Assembly: GCF_006345805.1 (NCBI RefSeq)
Contig: NC_043001.1
Location: 12,090,001-12,154,000, forward strand
DNA: 64,000 nt
From: Octopus sinensis
Lineage: Eukaryota
Reading direction: 5' to 3'
This document shows positions 13,303 through 28,655 of this stretch, piece by piece (within the stretch, counting starts at the first letter, position 1; each line of letters starts with the position of its first letter). The translations under genes were made by a program, and so were the position numbers. Below the pieces are notes generated by a model. It did not search any database, was not told the origin of the DNA, and was given only the letters and a program-made list of their open reading frames with translations.

Positions 13303-14013
13303 GTCTTAAAGATGTGTCAAAACCAACTCGCACCCCCTCTAGCCAATCTGTGGCGGAACTCACTGGATGCTGGATATATACCAGAGGACCTTCTATCCCA
13401 GTCTGTTGTCCCAGTTTTCAAAAAAGGAAACAAATCGCTTGCCGTGAATTACCGTCCAATCTCACTCACCTCTCATATCATCAAGGTATTTGAGAGGGTG
13501 CTGAGATCGCGTATGACTCACTTCCTTGAGAGGCATAATATGCTGAACCCCAACCAGCATGGATTCCGTAATGGGAGAGATTGCCTGACGCAGCTACTGC
13601 ATGATGTGGAAAATATTCCATCAGCATTGCCCAAATGATGTTGGCATCACCTTTAAGGTACATCCAAGGCTTGGGCCCCGTGCCATCCGCCCAAAACAAA
13701 AATCGCACTCTCATCTCATAACAACAATACGGCACAATTATTTCACCTCAATTGGCCCCGCTCTCTTTAACATTACACCAAAACACATTAAAACAGAAAC
13801 TGACCCTATAGGGTTCAAGAAGTCTTTGGACAGATTCCTTCAAGAAATCCCGGATAAACCCCCTACACCCGGATATGTCTCTGTAAACAATAACTCTCTA
13901 CTTGAGTGGGCCATAGTGCCCAAATTCTGACTTGAAAGACTTCACCAGGTGGTGCTATTAAGTTAGACATGGCCTGGGCCAATAATGGCCGAAACCTATC
14001 AAAGTATCAAAGT
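13303..14013 (+). mobile_element. 5'-truncated, internally deleted APE-RT LINE (CR1/L2-group-like)
   Basis: [46 protein letters not shown] fused at ~13600 to the C-terminal WKIF..GPALFN..SLLEW; tail (ATCAAAGT)2. Confidence 0.9.
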
Positions 14014-14479
<466 letters not shown>

Positions 14480-17400
14480 GATTGATTGATTGATTCTAGT
14501 TTCAGCTTATGAGCTGTGGCCATGCTTGGGCACCGCCATTTGGTGTTGCTACTTGGTTTCACTTCATGGAGGCTTTCTAGCAACTGCTATTTGGTGCATG
14601 AGAGAGTTCGATGCAGCTGCCCTCATCTGCCCCTCCTGCCGTGAAGTTGGTTCATCTGGGACACCTGACAGGAAGAGATCCAGCTTCATTTTAAAGACAT
14701 CTGTATCCACCCCATGCAGGTCTCTCAGGTTCTTCGGGAGGATATTGAAGAGCTGGGCCTCGGAAGCCCAGGCTATCACAGAATCTTGTCCTACATCTTG
14801 ATGGCAGGTTGGAGTCCTAGGCACCACGTAGTGGCGCCCAGTTCTGGCATTTGCGTAACTCTCGATGCCAAAGTTCAGGACACTTCCCTTCAGGATCTTC
14901 CAGATGTATATTATGGCATATCTTCCCGCCTACGCTCCAGAGAATATAAATTTAATCTCTTGAGTCTTTCCCAGTAGCTTACATTCTGCATAGAGGCTAT
15001 CTTCTTTGTGTAGCTTCGTTGGATCGCCTCAAGTTCTGTGATCAACTTGACACTGGATGGTGACCATAGCTGAGAGTAATAGTCAAAGTGGCTTAGGACA
15101 AGTGTCTTCCAGAGGACCATCATGGTTTTTTGTTCTCTTGTTCTAAAGGTTCTAAGAATCCATCCAGCCAGCCGTCTACATTTCATTGTCAGTTTAGCAA
15201 CATGTACATGAAAGGTCGCGTCATCACTCATGTGAATACCCAGGTCACGCACTGATTGTGCCTCTGGGATTGCAATCCCTCCGGGTCCAGTGTATTCATT
15301 GGGTATTGCATTCAGTTTTGCATGCTGATAGTATAAAGCTTGAACTTTCCAGCATTGAACTGCATGCTATTCTTTTCAGCCACTTGTATATTTCGTCCAG
15401 CTCACATTGCAGGTGTTTAGTGTCCTCAGGGTTCTGTATTGCCTGTGAAACTTTTGTATCATCTGCATAACTTGTGATCGTGGCTCTCTGCGTGGCTGAG
15501 GCATGTCTGAGAGGGCCATTATGAACAGTAGTGGTCAGAACAGTGCCCTGCGGAACACCGCTCACTATTGTGTGTTAATGGAGGTGGCCCCATTGGCTAC
15601 TACCACCTGACTTCTATCTTCAGAAAGTCATGAAGCCATTCTCCCAGTTTTCCAACTATGTTGAGATCACGCAGTTTGTGTGACATATCATTCCATGATC
15701 GACTTTATCAAAGGCCTTTGCAAAGTCGAGATATATCACTTCCACATTGAGTGGTTGAGCAGCCGTTTCAGCACCCAGTCATAGTGTTGTAGGAGCTGAG
15801 TTAAACAGCTTCTCCCTGGTCGGAAACCATGTTGGATGTCGGGCAGCAAGTCATTCTCTTCAAGGAAGGTGATCAGCTTCCTTCTGACTATTCGTTCCAT
15901 GACCTTGCTGATGTGTGAGGTCAGAGAAATAGGTCTATAGTTCTTGGCTTCCGCTCTGCTACCTCCTTTATGAATGGGGCATATTTTACCTTCCTTCAGT
16001 TTTCCTGGAAGTTTGCCAGCTGCAAGGAAGCTCTGAAAGAGGAACTGCAGTGGTCTTGCTAGGACTCTCTTACATGCTTTTAGGAGGATTGCCGGGAATC
16101 CATCGGGGCCAGTAGCTGAGTCTGTTTTCATTTCATCTATAGCCTTGGTTACATCGTCTTCCTTTATATCGATGTAATCTATCGTCGCCACCTCTGATTT
16201 TATATCTGCAGTGGTAAAAAAGTCAGTTGGATTGGTGATTTGGAGATGCCCAAGGGGTGGAGTGAAAACACTCTTGAATTGCTCATTCAGTATTTCACTT
16301 ACCCTCATTGGTTTTCCTGTAAGTGTGCCATCCTTTTCGAGGAGTGGCCCATTCTACAGTGCACTGTAGCTGTTTCTTTGGCATACCTGTAGAAAGCTCT
16401 GGGTTAGATTTTATGTTTTCTATAGCCCAGGCTTCTTTGTCTGCTCTTTCTTTTCATGGGAGAGTTGCCGACATTTTTCGATTTCCAACAGTTTTATTTT
16501 TAGGCGGGACTTTTCACTGCTTTCAATCTGTTTGTTTAGGCGATTTGAAAATTTCGTACGCCGTCTCATTAAAATTTTCCTCTCTCTGGGGATTTTGTTC
16601 TTGTGTACAGTGGCCTTTCTCTCTGGGACACATTTGTAGCATATGGCTTGCATTACAGACATGAATTGTTGAAGCTTCACGTCGATGTCTGGCGAGGAGA
16701 GACATTTAGGCCAGTTTTGTTTGAGGATCTCTTTCTCAATTTGTTTCCAGTTTGCCTTATGGTAGTTCAAGCTGGAAGGATTTTGAGGGTTTCTTGTAGG
16801 CTGCATGTCCGTGCTCTCTTTTGGCCCGTACATGGTCAGCTCTATCATGTTGTGATCCGAGAGTAGTGTCGGTGTCACTTTCACATTATGGATGAGATCC
16901 ATGTCATTTGTGAAGCAGAGATCCAGTGTGTTACCTGCCCTGGTTGGTTGGAGTATTACCTGCTCCATGTACAGGGTGTTGATGAGGTTCAGGAGGGACC
17001 TCGCCTGTCCTCGTTCACATCTTGTCATTCCTGGGAGAGAAAGGCCCTCGGGCCATCTGACATTGGGCAGATTGAAGTCTCCCATAAGAAGCACACCTAT
17101 GTGTTGTTCTAATGTGGTTAGAATTTCTTCTATTTTTATAAGGCAGTCTTCAAACTTGCCCACATGGCTTGGGGCATCTGGAGGGCGATATGTAGCACAC
17201 ACAACTACATCAAGTTGCCTAATATGTACAATTAGTGTGTCACACACCGAGTTTGAGTATGACAAGAGGACCTGGGGTGTGAGGTCCTCACGGATGTACA
17301 TAGCAACACCTCCATGACTCCTTTCTTTCCTGTCGGTCCGTAGTACAGCATACTGTGGTATGTGTAACTCCGCATCTGCTATGTCCGGTTTCAGGTGCGT

Positions 17401-17856
17401 TTCTGTACGTGCTATGCATAAGGCTTGATTGCATGCAACAAAGTCTCTCAGGAACGGGATCTTGTCCTGTTACTGAGTGTTTGCAGTCCTCTGATGTTCA
17501 GTAGGAGTATCGAGGTGAGTGTACGTTGTTGCCGGCGGTGTCCATCCTGTGTCTGTTTGCTGTGGTGGTCTGGTATATAGTGGGTAGTCCCACCTGCGGG
17601 CTTGGGTTTGATGAAGCCAGGTCAGCTGCTGTACAATCTTTTGTGCCATGCACAAAAAAGATTGTTGCTCAGCAGCTGCTCTTTCGACAACATCATGTTG
17701 GCTGTTTGTGGCGCGCACAACATCTGCGTACCTCCGCTTTGGGGCAGGTGGTGCGTGGTCCATCCCTTTTCTTTGTGTTGATGGTTTGTCCATCTGCCTC
17801 GTGTCTCTGTGGCAGGGTCCCCGATGTGCAAAGCGGCAGCCTGCACCTTCCTTTCC
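14480..17856 (-). mobile_element. Near full-length APE-RT LINE (CR1/L2-group-like): ORF1 3' part + frameshifted ORF2 + (AATC)n tail
   Basis: APE motifs NIRGL, ETHL, GGVAMY, YRPP, GDFNLP, LDL, SDH; RT motifs [43 protein letters not shown]; tail at 14480-14495. Confidence 0.95.
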
Positions 17857-18643
<787 letters not shown>

Positions 18644-19439
18644 GTATATGTATATATACATATATACATACCTATATATATATACACGCATACACACATA
18701 CATATATATAAACGCCCATCTATATAAGTACAGTAACATGTTCATATACACACTCACTCACATAGACATATACACGTTCCTGCAAATACGCATACACATA
18801 CTCGCACACATTTTCGTATGTGTTTTATGGATCGTATCTCTTCCGCGAAACTTGTGCCAGTAAAGAAAAGTAAACTATATCGCATCATACTAAGAAAAAC
18901 ATGAAAACTTCCTTTCGTGTAGGTTGGCGGTGTTTAGAGGTTCACTACGCAACTACACAGCTTTAAGTTTGTTCAGCCTGTGTGGTAACCAAAAGATAGG
19001 AATTCTACGGTAGCATTTGAATGACCAACTCCTTTCAAATGAAATTTTTTGAAAAAGATTCTCTTGCAGCCCTTTCGAGGAAATCTCTCCATTTTTAAGT
19101 GGGAGAATTAATCCATTATTCGATTTCAAAACCACAGCCACGTCATTTTGTGTATATGTATCAGATAGGACGTTGTTGTAATTACTCAAGACATGGGTTG
19201 AAGAGACACACACAGTCTATCTCTCATCATTTCCCTTCATTAATCAGTAGAACATTCAAAATGGGGCAGCTGGAGGAAGTCGCACCAGAAAACCAGTGCA
19301 TGCAGCACTTTCCCCGCTAATTGAACAAGAGGCAAAAATAAGAATAACGGGATGCAAAATTCCAGTTTTGATTGCATAATATATCAACTTAAGTCTATTT
19401 GAGAAATTTACAGATAACATTATATTTATTTTATATTTC

Positions 19440-19667
19440 GTTTTTGGATTTGATTTGCAAGATTCTTTATATGAATTTGTGTGTTGAAGCATATTCTGTT
19501 GTGCCTGGGGAGAGTCATTTTCTCTTTTTGTGCCTTCGGTAAATTTCCACTTTTAGGAAAAAATGAAGAAAAAATAAAAAATAAATAAAAAAGTGGAAAT
19601 TTTACCGGTGAGTGTGTTATATTACAAGGCACAAAAAGAAAATTACTCTCCCCAGACACAACAGAAT
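19440..19667. mobile_element. Fold-back repeat family P, copy 1
   Basis: Inverted arms ATTCTGTTGTGCCTGGGGAGAG..CCACTTTT / AAGTGGAAAT..CTCTCCCCAGACACAACAGAAT; homologous to 23655-23948. Confidence 0.8.
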
Positions 19668-19780
19668 TTATTATATTCTATGAATCTATTTCCAAGTAGA
19701 AATAATACCTGGAAATTGTTTCACTAGATTTCTATGAGAAATCGTGGCCCAAACAAAACTTTGTTATGATAACACTTTGC

Positions 19781-20017
19781 ATACCTATTTCTTTATTACC
19801 CACAAGGGGCTAAACACAGAGGGGACAAACAAGGACAGACATAGGTATTAAGTCGATTACATCGACCCCAGTGCGTAACTGGTACTTAATTTATCGACCC
19901 CGAAAAGATGAAAGGCAAAGTCGACCTCGGCGGAATTTGAACTCACAACGTAACGCAGACGAAATACCGCTAAGCATTTCGCCCGGCGTGCCAACGTTTC
20001 TGCCAGCTCGCCACCTT
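19781..20017 (-). mobile_element. SINE family B (GGCGGCGAGCTGGCAGAA head; Deu/Nin-like central domain)
   Basis: GCCTTTCATC..GGGGTCGATAAATTAAGTACCAG core; many copies in the window. Confidence 0.88.
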
Positions 20018-20319
20018 TGCATACCATTGGACTCACCAGTGACTCCCAGTAGGGATGATATTCTTTGTTGTGGGTCCTCGCATTAATGAGGTTCAAGATG
20101 CATTGTTAGAATTTTAGATGAGTAGAACAGATATCAAAAGAGTTCGAAACACAGTCGTCTCCATAATTGCAACGCAGTCATGGAATTATTATTTTGGGGA
20201 GGAAAAAACAAACCTTATATGATATGAACTAAAATATAATCTGTAGAAAAAGTAACTAGAAGAAAAGATTTAATCTATAAATGGAAGTTTAATGAACATT
20301 TTAAAATTTAAACATTGAA

Positions 20320-20956
20320 CAATGTTCTGCACTTTTAGGGTATCGAAGCAATGGATTTTGCGCAATGATTCGAGTGGCACGGGCGCTTCAAATGAGGAAG
20401 AAAGTTCCTGGTTGTACGATGAGGGATCTGGAAGGCATGCCATGACAGTCACCACCGGAAATGTGGAAAATTTTATCAGCTTGGATATGAGGATAGTCGA
20501 AAGGCAATCAAAGTTATTGCTGATGTTTAAGTGTAGGATATTCGGCGAAAGCAACCTGATATGTGGAGAGCAAAGAACTGGATGCTCCTCGAACTGGATG
20601 CCACCTCTCACCAAGCTCTTCTTACTCGTGAGTTTCTGGCCAAATACATAATATCACATCTGCCCCCACTTAATTCGTCAGATTTTCCACCTGCGGATTT
20701 TCATCTTTTCCCCAAGATGGAGATACAGCTCTAGGGTCGCCATTGTAACACCGTTGTCGAGATCCAGATCGAATCTCAGAAGGCTCTTAACTGCCTTGAG
20801 AAGACGACTACCAAGCCTGGTTTCCAAAGTGGCTGGGGCCATTGTATTGCTGTGCAAGGTGACTATTTCGAAGGGGATGATGTTAAAAGGTAGGTAAATA
20901 TATTATTTTTCTGTTAAACATGACGAGTCCTGAAACCTTCTGATACCACCTCATAT
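20320..20956 (+). mobile_element. Degenerate mariner/Tc1 transposon with right TIR
   Basis: FEWHGRFK/DEGSGR HTH remnants, SSDFPPADFHLFP (SPDLAP-like), QGDYFEGD; end AGTCCTGAAACCTTCTGATACCACCTCATA resembles the reverse complement of the 49666 terminus. Confidence 0.8.
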
Positions 20957-21769
20957 ATTTTTAAAATGAAAGCATATTTTATACCAACATAAGTGCCGTA
21001 GTACAAAGAAAATATGGCGCAATCTCGGTTGGGTAGTGAAGTGTTAACTCCTTTACATCGAACATAACCTAAATCATATCAAGCATTCGGAAAAATAGCT
21101 CCGATCTCTTACTTTGATACAAGGCTATGTTCTTTATTACTCCCAGTACTTGACTGGAACAACAAATGGCTGAGTGAAAAAATAGTATGTTTTGAACTGA
21201 GAATGTAATTGACCGTAAATAAAGACTACAGGGAACTTTGTTCGATGTAATAGCTATTCTACTAATCCACCATTACATTCTGAGAGATTTTATTAAACAA
21301 AATTGAAATAGAATGTATTTTGCTGATATTTATTGGTCCCCGTATAGTAATTCAACTTGTTAATTGCTATTTTGTTACTTTGGTGAGAAGTGTCAGATAC
21401 TTTTAACTATTAATTGTGATAGAAATCAACATGTTATGACATTAGAAATATAATATGAAATTATTAAATACCTGTAGACTTTTAATGAAGTTACAGTTTG
21501 AGAGCGTAGCGTGTCAAGTGGCTCAAGTGATATGATGTTATGTAAAATAATACTCATGTGAGTAGTAAATGGAAATTATAACAGTGCAAATATATACCAT
21601 AATATTTAGTGACAGAGAGGTTGCATAACCTTTTTAAATAAGTGAAGCAAAATACGATAGGAGACATTTACCAAAGATATAAATATAGACAAGCTTCATA
21701 CAAAATGCCGATTTTCAAGTTCTATTACGTCGAAAATTATAGCATCAGATCAGGAATATCTTCATATCT

Positions 21770-23170
21770 ATCCGTGTTTATCCGTGTTCTGCCTGTGTAT
21801 TTATTTAAGGCTTTAAACTCTCAGGGAGAAGTCCATCGTCCCCAGTGGCCTTGTCACATATGAGTGCTTTAATCGCCCCGGTGACTTCAGCATCACTTTT
21901 GGTCATGGCCAACATATTATCGAGAATGGATTTAGGAGATCAGCAAGGATGTTCTTTATAGAAGGATAAATCCAAATTGAGTTCTTAATTGAAGCTGTTG
22001 TAGAAGGCTTCTTCATACGAAGTCAGCGAATAATCTGTTAGAATCTTTTATTGGCCGACCAAAATCAAGTGTGTACGCTGACTCCTCAAATCCTTCAATG
22101 ACTTGGCGTTGGACGGTTTTATTGCCTCTGCTGCGTCCCTATGTTCCGCGTGTGCAGAAGAGAAGACTTGTTGATATAACAAGATTTGTAAGCCTTCAAT
22201 GTTTGCTAAGTTGGTATCTTTAACTTTCTGGTTAAACAATGAGTTTCTTTTACTACCCAGGGGAACATCAAACCGTTTTCGCCTAAATAATTGCTTTGCT
22301 CGGCAATTTCTTCTCCGGTTATGAAATCTCCCTTTCCTTTCTATGTCCTCTTCTTGATCACACACGTCTCTCAATTTAGATGCAGTTGTGTCTGCATATT
22401 TGTTCCTCGCCCCATCCTTTAACCTTGTATGTCGCACTGAAATTAATCTTATTGCAAATTCCCACTGTTTTGGGTAGTGTCTGGTTGTAGACATCTTCGT
22501 GGTGGTCATTTCCAAGTACACAACCTCTCTAGCAGTGGAACAAAGAGATCCGAAATAACACAGTCTGTCACTGAACCTATCCTAAAGTATCCCTATAGAA
22601 AGTATCCCACAAAGATATCTAGTATAACATTTCAATTCTTCTTGAAGGAAAAGTCACTATTCCATCCAGTTATTCCTTTCCATTTTCGGTGCTCAATGCC
22701 AATATGTGCATTAAAGTCCTCCTTGCCGGACAAATGGCTGTCTTCGTATCAAGGAAGGATATACATTTGGATTTGCTGTTTGGTGCGTCTTCTTGCAATG
22801 GCCATCGCAGTCGATTCTTTTGGCAAAAGTTTCAGGAGATAAAGCTTCCCACCGAATGAGAACCAATCCTAGACACAATACGGCACATCAGCGTTCAATA
22901 GTAACCCCATTCGCAACTGTGCAGATATGGTTGGTACGACACTTGAATAGCGGAGTTTTTACCTCGTCATTCAAATATACGGCACCAGATTCACTAATCT
23001 AGCAGAAAGCGGGCGAGTGCTTCTACCCGTTTGGCATCCACCACCAGTTGCTGCACTTTACTTGTAAGGGCTGTGACATTCCATATCCCAGGTGATAGCG
23101 GTTGATCCCTTCTCGACCGTTTTCGGATTTCCGGAAGATATTTCTCAATGTTGCCTCCTCATACGTTATT
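21770..23170 (-). mobile_element. Degenerate RTE-like LINE, endonuclease region
   Basis: WNVTALTSKVQQLV APE N-terminus near 23040-23085; GC-richer decayed coding tract. Confidence 0.6.
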
Positions 23171-23654
23171 GTTGTTTACAGTTAAATATAAAAACTGTTT
23201 GCCCATAATCCACACCCTAACTTCTTTCTTTTCGTATATCACTGCCGCCCATTACCTTTTCTATACACAATCATTAAATTTTACAAACAAACTGAAATTT
23301 TTTTCCAAAACATATATGCTACTTTAAACACAATTCTTGACACTCAATACGATATTTAAACGCAATACCATTGTTTGAATTAATTTCGAAAATAAGGAAT
23401 AAAGTCACGACTAAGCTGTTGTTTAGAACATTAATAAAATGAAATTTTGACTGAGGGAAACAACAATTAGGGCCATTTAAAGTAAGCACTTTAAATCCAT
23501 TAATCAGGAACAGTCTTAGACGAATCGGTGTCAAAGAAACTACAAATTTCCATTATATTTCAATTCAAGGCAGAAATATATTTCACAATTTGACTAAGCC
23601 GAAAAAAATTCGAAGCGAATTGTGGACAAAAATTTTTAAAGACTACTTCTATTT

Positions 23655-23948
23655 CTTTTTTGGATTTGGTTTGCAAGATACTTTATGTGAGTTTGTGTGT
23701 TGAAGCATATTCTGTTGTGTCTGGGGAGAGTCATTGTCTTTTAGTGCCTTATAATTTAACACTCTTATCGGTCAAATTTACACTTATTTACATATATATT
23801 TTTCTAAAATTCAACAAGAGTTGAAAAAGATGCAAGACGCAACGAAAATTTTAGAAAAATAACTAAGTAAATGAGTGGAAATTTTACCCGTGAGTGTGTT
23901 AAATTATAAGGCACTAAAAAAGTATGATTTCCCAGACACAACAGAATA
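23655..23948. mobile_element. Fold-back repeat family P, copy 2, with HHR-like remnant at the centre
   Basis: Arms ~23709-23790 / 23873-23948; GATGC aagac GCAAC GAAAATTTTA at 23829-23853. Confidence 0.75.
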
Positions 23949-24278
23949 CATTTTTGCTACGCTTAAAAATTATGCATCAATTATAAATATCTTCTGTTAT
24001 TTTTTTATTATGCAAATGTTTTGAGATTTCGCTTGCAATTTGCTATGGGTGATTATTAGCTATTCTTGTACACATTTTTCCTGCTGTCAACTTATATATT
24101 CGTTCTATCCAATTACATTTCGCATAATGTGACATGAATTATGTCTACTGTAATTTTTTTACAACAAATGTGTGACAACAGGCGGGAAATTGACGTGAAT
24201 TTGTGGGGAAGGTTACAGTTTGGGTCTTCAAATTATATAACCTTCCATCTTTAAGGTGATTACATATTTTACTTCTCA

Positions 24279-24490
24279 GACGGCGAGCTGGCAGATTCGT
24301 TAGGACGCCAGTCGAAATCCTTAGCGGTATTTCGTCTGCCTTCACGTTGTGAGTTCAAATTCCGCCGGGGTCGACTTTCCTTGTCATCCTTTTGGGGTTA
24401 ATAATTTAAGTACCAGTTGTATAACGGAGTCGATCTAATCGACTGTGCCCCTCCCCAAAAATTTCGTGCCTTGTGCCTGGAGAAGAAAAG
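24279..24490 (+). mobile_element. SINE family B (alternative tail 2)
   Basis: Head and core match family B. Confidence 0.85.
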
Positions 24491-24853
24491 TATATATTTT
24501 ACTTGTTTCTCATTGGACTGCGACTAAGCTGGAGCAATAACTTGAACAGTTTAGTAAAAAAAAAATAAAACTTCGTGTGTATTTTTAAAGTCTGGTAAGT
24601 GTATTGGTTTGATTTGCCGTTAATTTGCGAGGACGTAAATAAACCAACACCGATTGTGAAGTGGCTTGATGAAAGGACCCAGAATGCTTATACTTACGTA
24701 TCTCTCTCTCCCCCCCTCTCTCTCTATCTATCTATCTACATGTATATATATATATATAATATATATATATAATATATATATATATATATTATATATATAC
24801 TCATACACACACACGAGCGCATGTATAAAACCCAGGTTCGAAATTTCCCTAAG

Positions 24854-24897
24854 ACACCTGAGGAGGGCTGGAGGGTGTATCAGCCGAAATGTTGTGT
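24854..24897 (+). ncRNA. Minimal type I hammerhead motif
   Basis: ACAC-CTGAGGA-g-GGCTG..CAGCC-GAAATGTT-GTGT; homolog at 35151-35193 (-) has GAAACGTT. Confidence 0.8.
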
Positions 24898-24929
24898 TAA
24901 CAGCAAACAAGACCGTCCAATGCAAATAA

Positions 24930-25017
24930 TGTATTATTATTATTATCATCATCATCATCATCATCATTATTATTATTATTAATATCATTATTATTATTAT
25001 TATTAATATCATCATCA

Positions 25018-25052
<35 letters not shown>

Positions 25053-25064
25053 ATATCATCATCA

Positions 25065-25108
<44 letters not shown>

Positions 25109-25146
25109 GTTATTAATGTAATTATTATTGTTATTACTACTACCTT

Positions 25147-25195
<49 letters not shown>
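24930..25195. repeat. (ATT)/(ATC)/(ACT) trinucleotide tract
   Basis: Direct reading. Confidence 0.95.
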
Positions 25196-25196
<1 letters not shown>

Positions 25197-26240
25197 CAAA
25201 CATCTCCATCACGTCACCGTTAACTTCATATCTTTTCATTAACAGAAAAAGATTAACTTCTCCGGCATGATCATCTCACTGCTTTCCGTACAGTAATCTC
25301 CACTATATTCTGACTACAATGTCTCCTACTATACAGTACTGCCTGCACCACATTTCTACAATCGCCCCTTCTTCTTTCATCACTTTTCTTTCCTCTCAAC
25401 TGCCTCTCCACCATCACCACTGTCATATATAACGACGCTTGTACTTCCATTGCTGTTATCTATCACCTCCATAACCACCTGGCCTACTCTGCAATTTCTG
25501 TTGTCACTATTATCCTACTGTATGTATCTCAAGCACTCCCAGTACCATCCAGCCTCCCCATCATCATGAAAATACCAGCACAACTTCCATGGACACCACT
25601 AGATCCATTATCACATGTCAGCGATGTGCCATTAACCACCTTTATTCCAACAGAGTAGAAATATGTCTCTATGAAAAGAGACTTACGAAATGATCCGATC
25701 AGAGGGTATTACTGACGACGGCAGTTCTCAGAAGATTTACTCTTAAGAGCGAGGAACGTTTCGTGAGTGGAATGTCACAAGGTACAGTGTAGTCACGTGA
25801 TGTTCGATTTTGTCCTGAAGGAAAATCGATAAACAAGTAAAAATGTAATGAATACGAATAAGAGCTGGTTATTGGAAATATTTTGTGGAATCGAATTATT
25901 AATACTTAGATCGATGTTTCGCTGGAAATATCAGCCTGGTCAGATTGAAATCGATATGTATAGAATTACATTCACCTATATATATATTTGTATTTATTTT
26001 TGGTAGATATATGTTTAATAGAGACTACAATTGGTCAGTTATCCGATAAATCGGAACAAAATCTACTGATAAGAATCTCTTACGTTTTATCATTCAATTA
26101 ACCTAGCTTCGGGCAATTGATGCCAATTCTTTGCCTTGTGTCGAGTGCCATACCAGGCACTGAAATCGTATAAATAAACACAACACTAATTATTTGTATG
26201 GTGTAGCTATTAGATAGTAATATGGCTTTAGTTATTTTAT

Positions 26241-26448
26241 TCTTTTACTTGTTTCAGTCATTTGACTGCGGCCATGCTGGAGCACCGCATTTAGTGTCGA
26301 CCTAATCGACCCCAGGAGTTAATATTTGTAAGCCTAGTACTTATTCTATCAGTCTCTGATTGCTGAACCGCTAATTTACGGTGACGTAAACACACCAGTA
26401 TCAGTTGTCAAGCGATGGTTGGTGGGACAAACACGACACAAAAAACAT

Positions 26449-26484
<36 letters not shown>

Positions 26485-26518
26485 GTACACACGCACACAC
26501 ACATACACACACACACAA

Positions 26519-26552
<34 letters not shown>

Positions 26553-26668
26553 GACGGGCTTCTTTCAGTTTCCAAGGATTTGGTCGGCTCGAAACTATTT
26601 TAGAAGACACTTTCCCATGGTGCCATGCAGTGGGACTGAACCCGAAACCATGTGGTTGGTAAGCAAGG
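26241..26668 (-). mobile_element. tRNA-derived SINE family A (CORE-like CTTGGGCAAGT, internal CA/TA tract)
   Basis: Matches 29161, 32305, 36100 and 47827 copies. Confidence 0.88.
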
Positions 26669-26739
26669 TACTTTATTTGATAAAAATTGGCTACAAGAAC
26701 CTTACACAGAAGTAGTAGCTGCGGGCTGGACAATACAAA

Positions 26740-28655
26740 ATGAAAATGATTCAAACCTGAAGAGATGATTGGTGGGGGAAGGCAGAGAACGCCCCTCGAT
26801 TGCTGGTTCCCCAAAACATTGTTCTCTTTCTGTTTACACAAAAAAAAGAATGAGGTATTAAACCTCTTAAAATATTTCAAGCAATGGACACAATCGTCCT
26901 CACAGAATGAGGCTTTAGGCCTCTTACCGTTTTCCCAAAAAGTTTCAACAATAATTACAAATCGAGAGGTAAGAGGCACTAAAGCCTCTTACCTTCCTTA
27001 CCGACCAGGCTTCTTGCCTCTTTCAAGCACCTTGTGGGTGCTAATACGGGACACTTTAGCGCCATTCTGTATGTATCCTCGAGGAAGGAGTTCATTATTC
27101 TGTATAAGTCCTCCTCCCAAATGCCTCCACATCTACCCGCGGAAGCCAATCGTGTCCTCAGTGCAGTCCAGAACCCCTTCCCTCCGGCTTTTCTTCCCAA
27201 ATTCTTGATATGGTCTTGTAAAGCCCTCCCTTGTTGAAGACCACAAATTCCCCCTCTATCACAATGAAAGGGGCCTCATGAAACCCCGTCGGTGGGCATT
27301 GTGCCACCGACGGGGTTTCAGAACATACTGGCAGCGTACCACTGACCGTCTGCAATGTCCCTATCTTTCTTTCCCTTCCCTTATGCTACGAGAGGGTAGA
27401 GTTCTTCCGTTTTATCCGGAAGATCTTCTCTCCCTCCCGTAGCCTTCAGTGGGCAACCATTGTTGCCAGCCTCCTTTCCCTTACGTCCATTTTTGAGGAG
27501 GTATCCACCTCCTCAACCGTTTTTATCTCCCCCTCCGACATGGGAGGAGTAGATTCCTTTGCTACTAACTGCTCCAGGACCATATTTTGGTCCTTGGGAC
27601 AATTCTTAATATGACCCAGTTCCAGTCACACTTGAGGGGACGTTTGAGAGGACGTTCCACAAGTATCACCGGATAACTGTTTCCGTCCATCCTTAAGATA
27701 TCTGGGAACACGAGATATTTTGCGGCTGGTTGGGTCCACATGGTCAAAAGCGGTTTTGACCCAACCCAATCAGCCGCCGGTAACAACTTCACATTTAATA
27801 GGTTGGGTCCACTGGTACCCATATCCCGGCAGACAGTATCCTCTATCCACTCGGGTTCCATCCTGAGTGGCAGCCCGCAGACACAAGCTCTTGTTAGTTT
27901 CTTCCCACAATAAGTGTGTGTGTGTGTGTGTGGGAATAAAATCTCATTGCCCTCCAAAGGCTGGCTCGAAAACTTGCAAACCACCTCAAGTGTGTCAAAT
28001 AGCAACTACCCCGTTGCGTATTTAACACCACTGGAAATAAACTTTCTCAATATTCATTTTGGGAAAGACGGCGATAGTGTCGTTTTTTTCTCTAGGTCCT
28101 TTAACCGCTATTTGGGTAGGATAATCACCCACTTAAACACCGTGTGAGATTTTTTGCCAGGTTTTGAAGAAAAAAAGTTTAAAAATTTCAAAAATATAAG
28201 TTAAAAAAAAGTCAAAAAGTATGAAGACAAAAAACGAAGAAGAGAAAGAAAAAAGAAGGAAGATAGTTCAAAATTATAGCGAACCCCATCAAAGCACGAT
28301 GCCGCCCAACCGGTACTCCTGGCCAAAGGTACTCTAACAGCAACAGGGACACAGCAGCAGGAACACAGCTCTACAAATTGGTACAAAATCCCACAACTTT
28401 TTCCCACTACCTTTGGAGGCGAGATTCGCCCTCAAAACAACAAAATTCTCACAATTAAGCTAGACAACACAACTATTGGAAGACAAATGCCATGAATTCA
28501 GTAGGGATTTCTTGTTCTAACAAAATAGACATCAAATAACAAACACCCGCTGAACCCCCCCCCACCACCACCCCCACCAAACAAAAACAACGACCGTTGC
28601 AAAGCAACGTCCTGACAACATTTAGTGTAAGAACAACACTGACTCACGCCTGAGC
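26740..28655 (-). mobile_element. Degenerate non-LTR retroelement 5' region/ORF1-like relic
   Basis: GC-richer block; TYCGKKLTRACVCGLPLRMEPEWI..YPVILVERP..C resembles a gag-like ORF1 ahead of a zinc knuckle. Confidence 0.45.

Noticed and set aside
18953-19492. Host exons near 19.0-19.3 kb
   Set aside because: An acceptor-like site exists, but all frames stop early and no homology is recognised.
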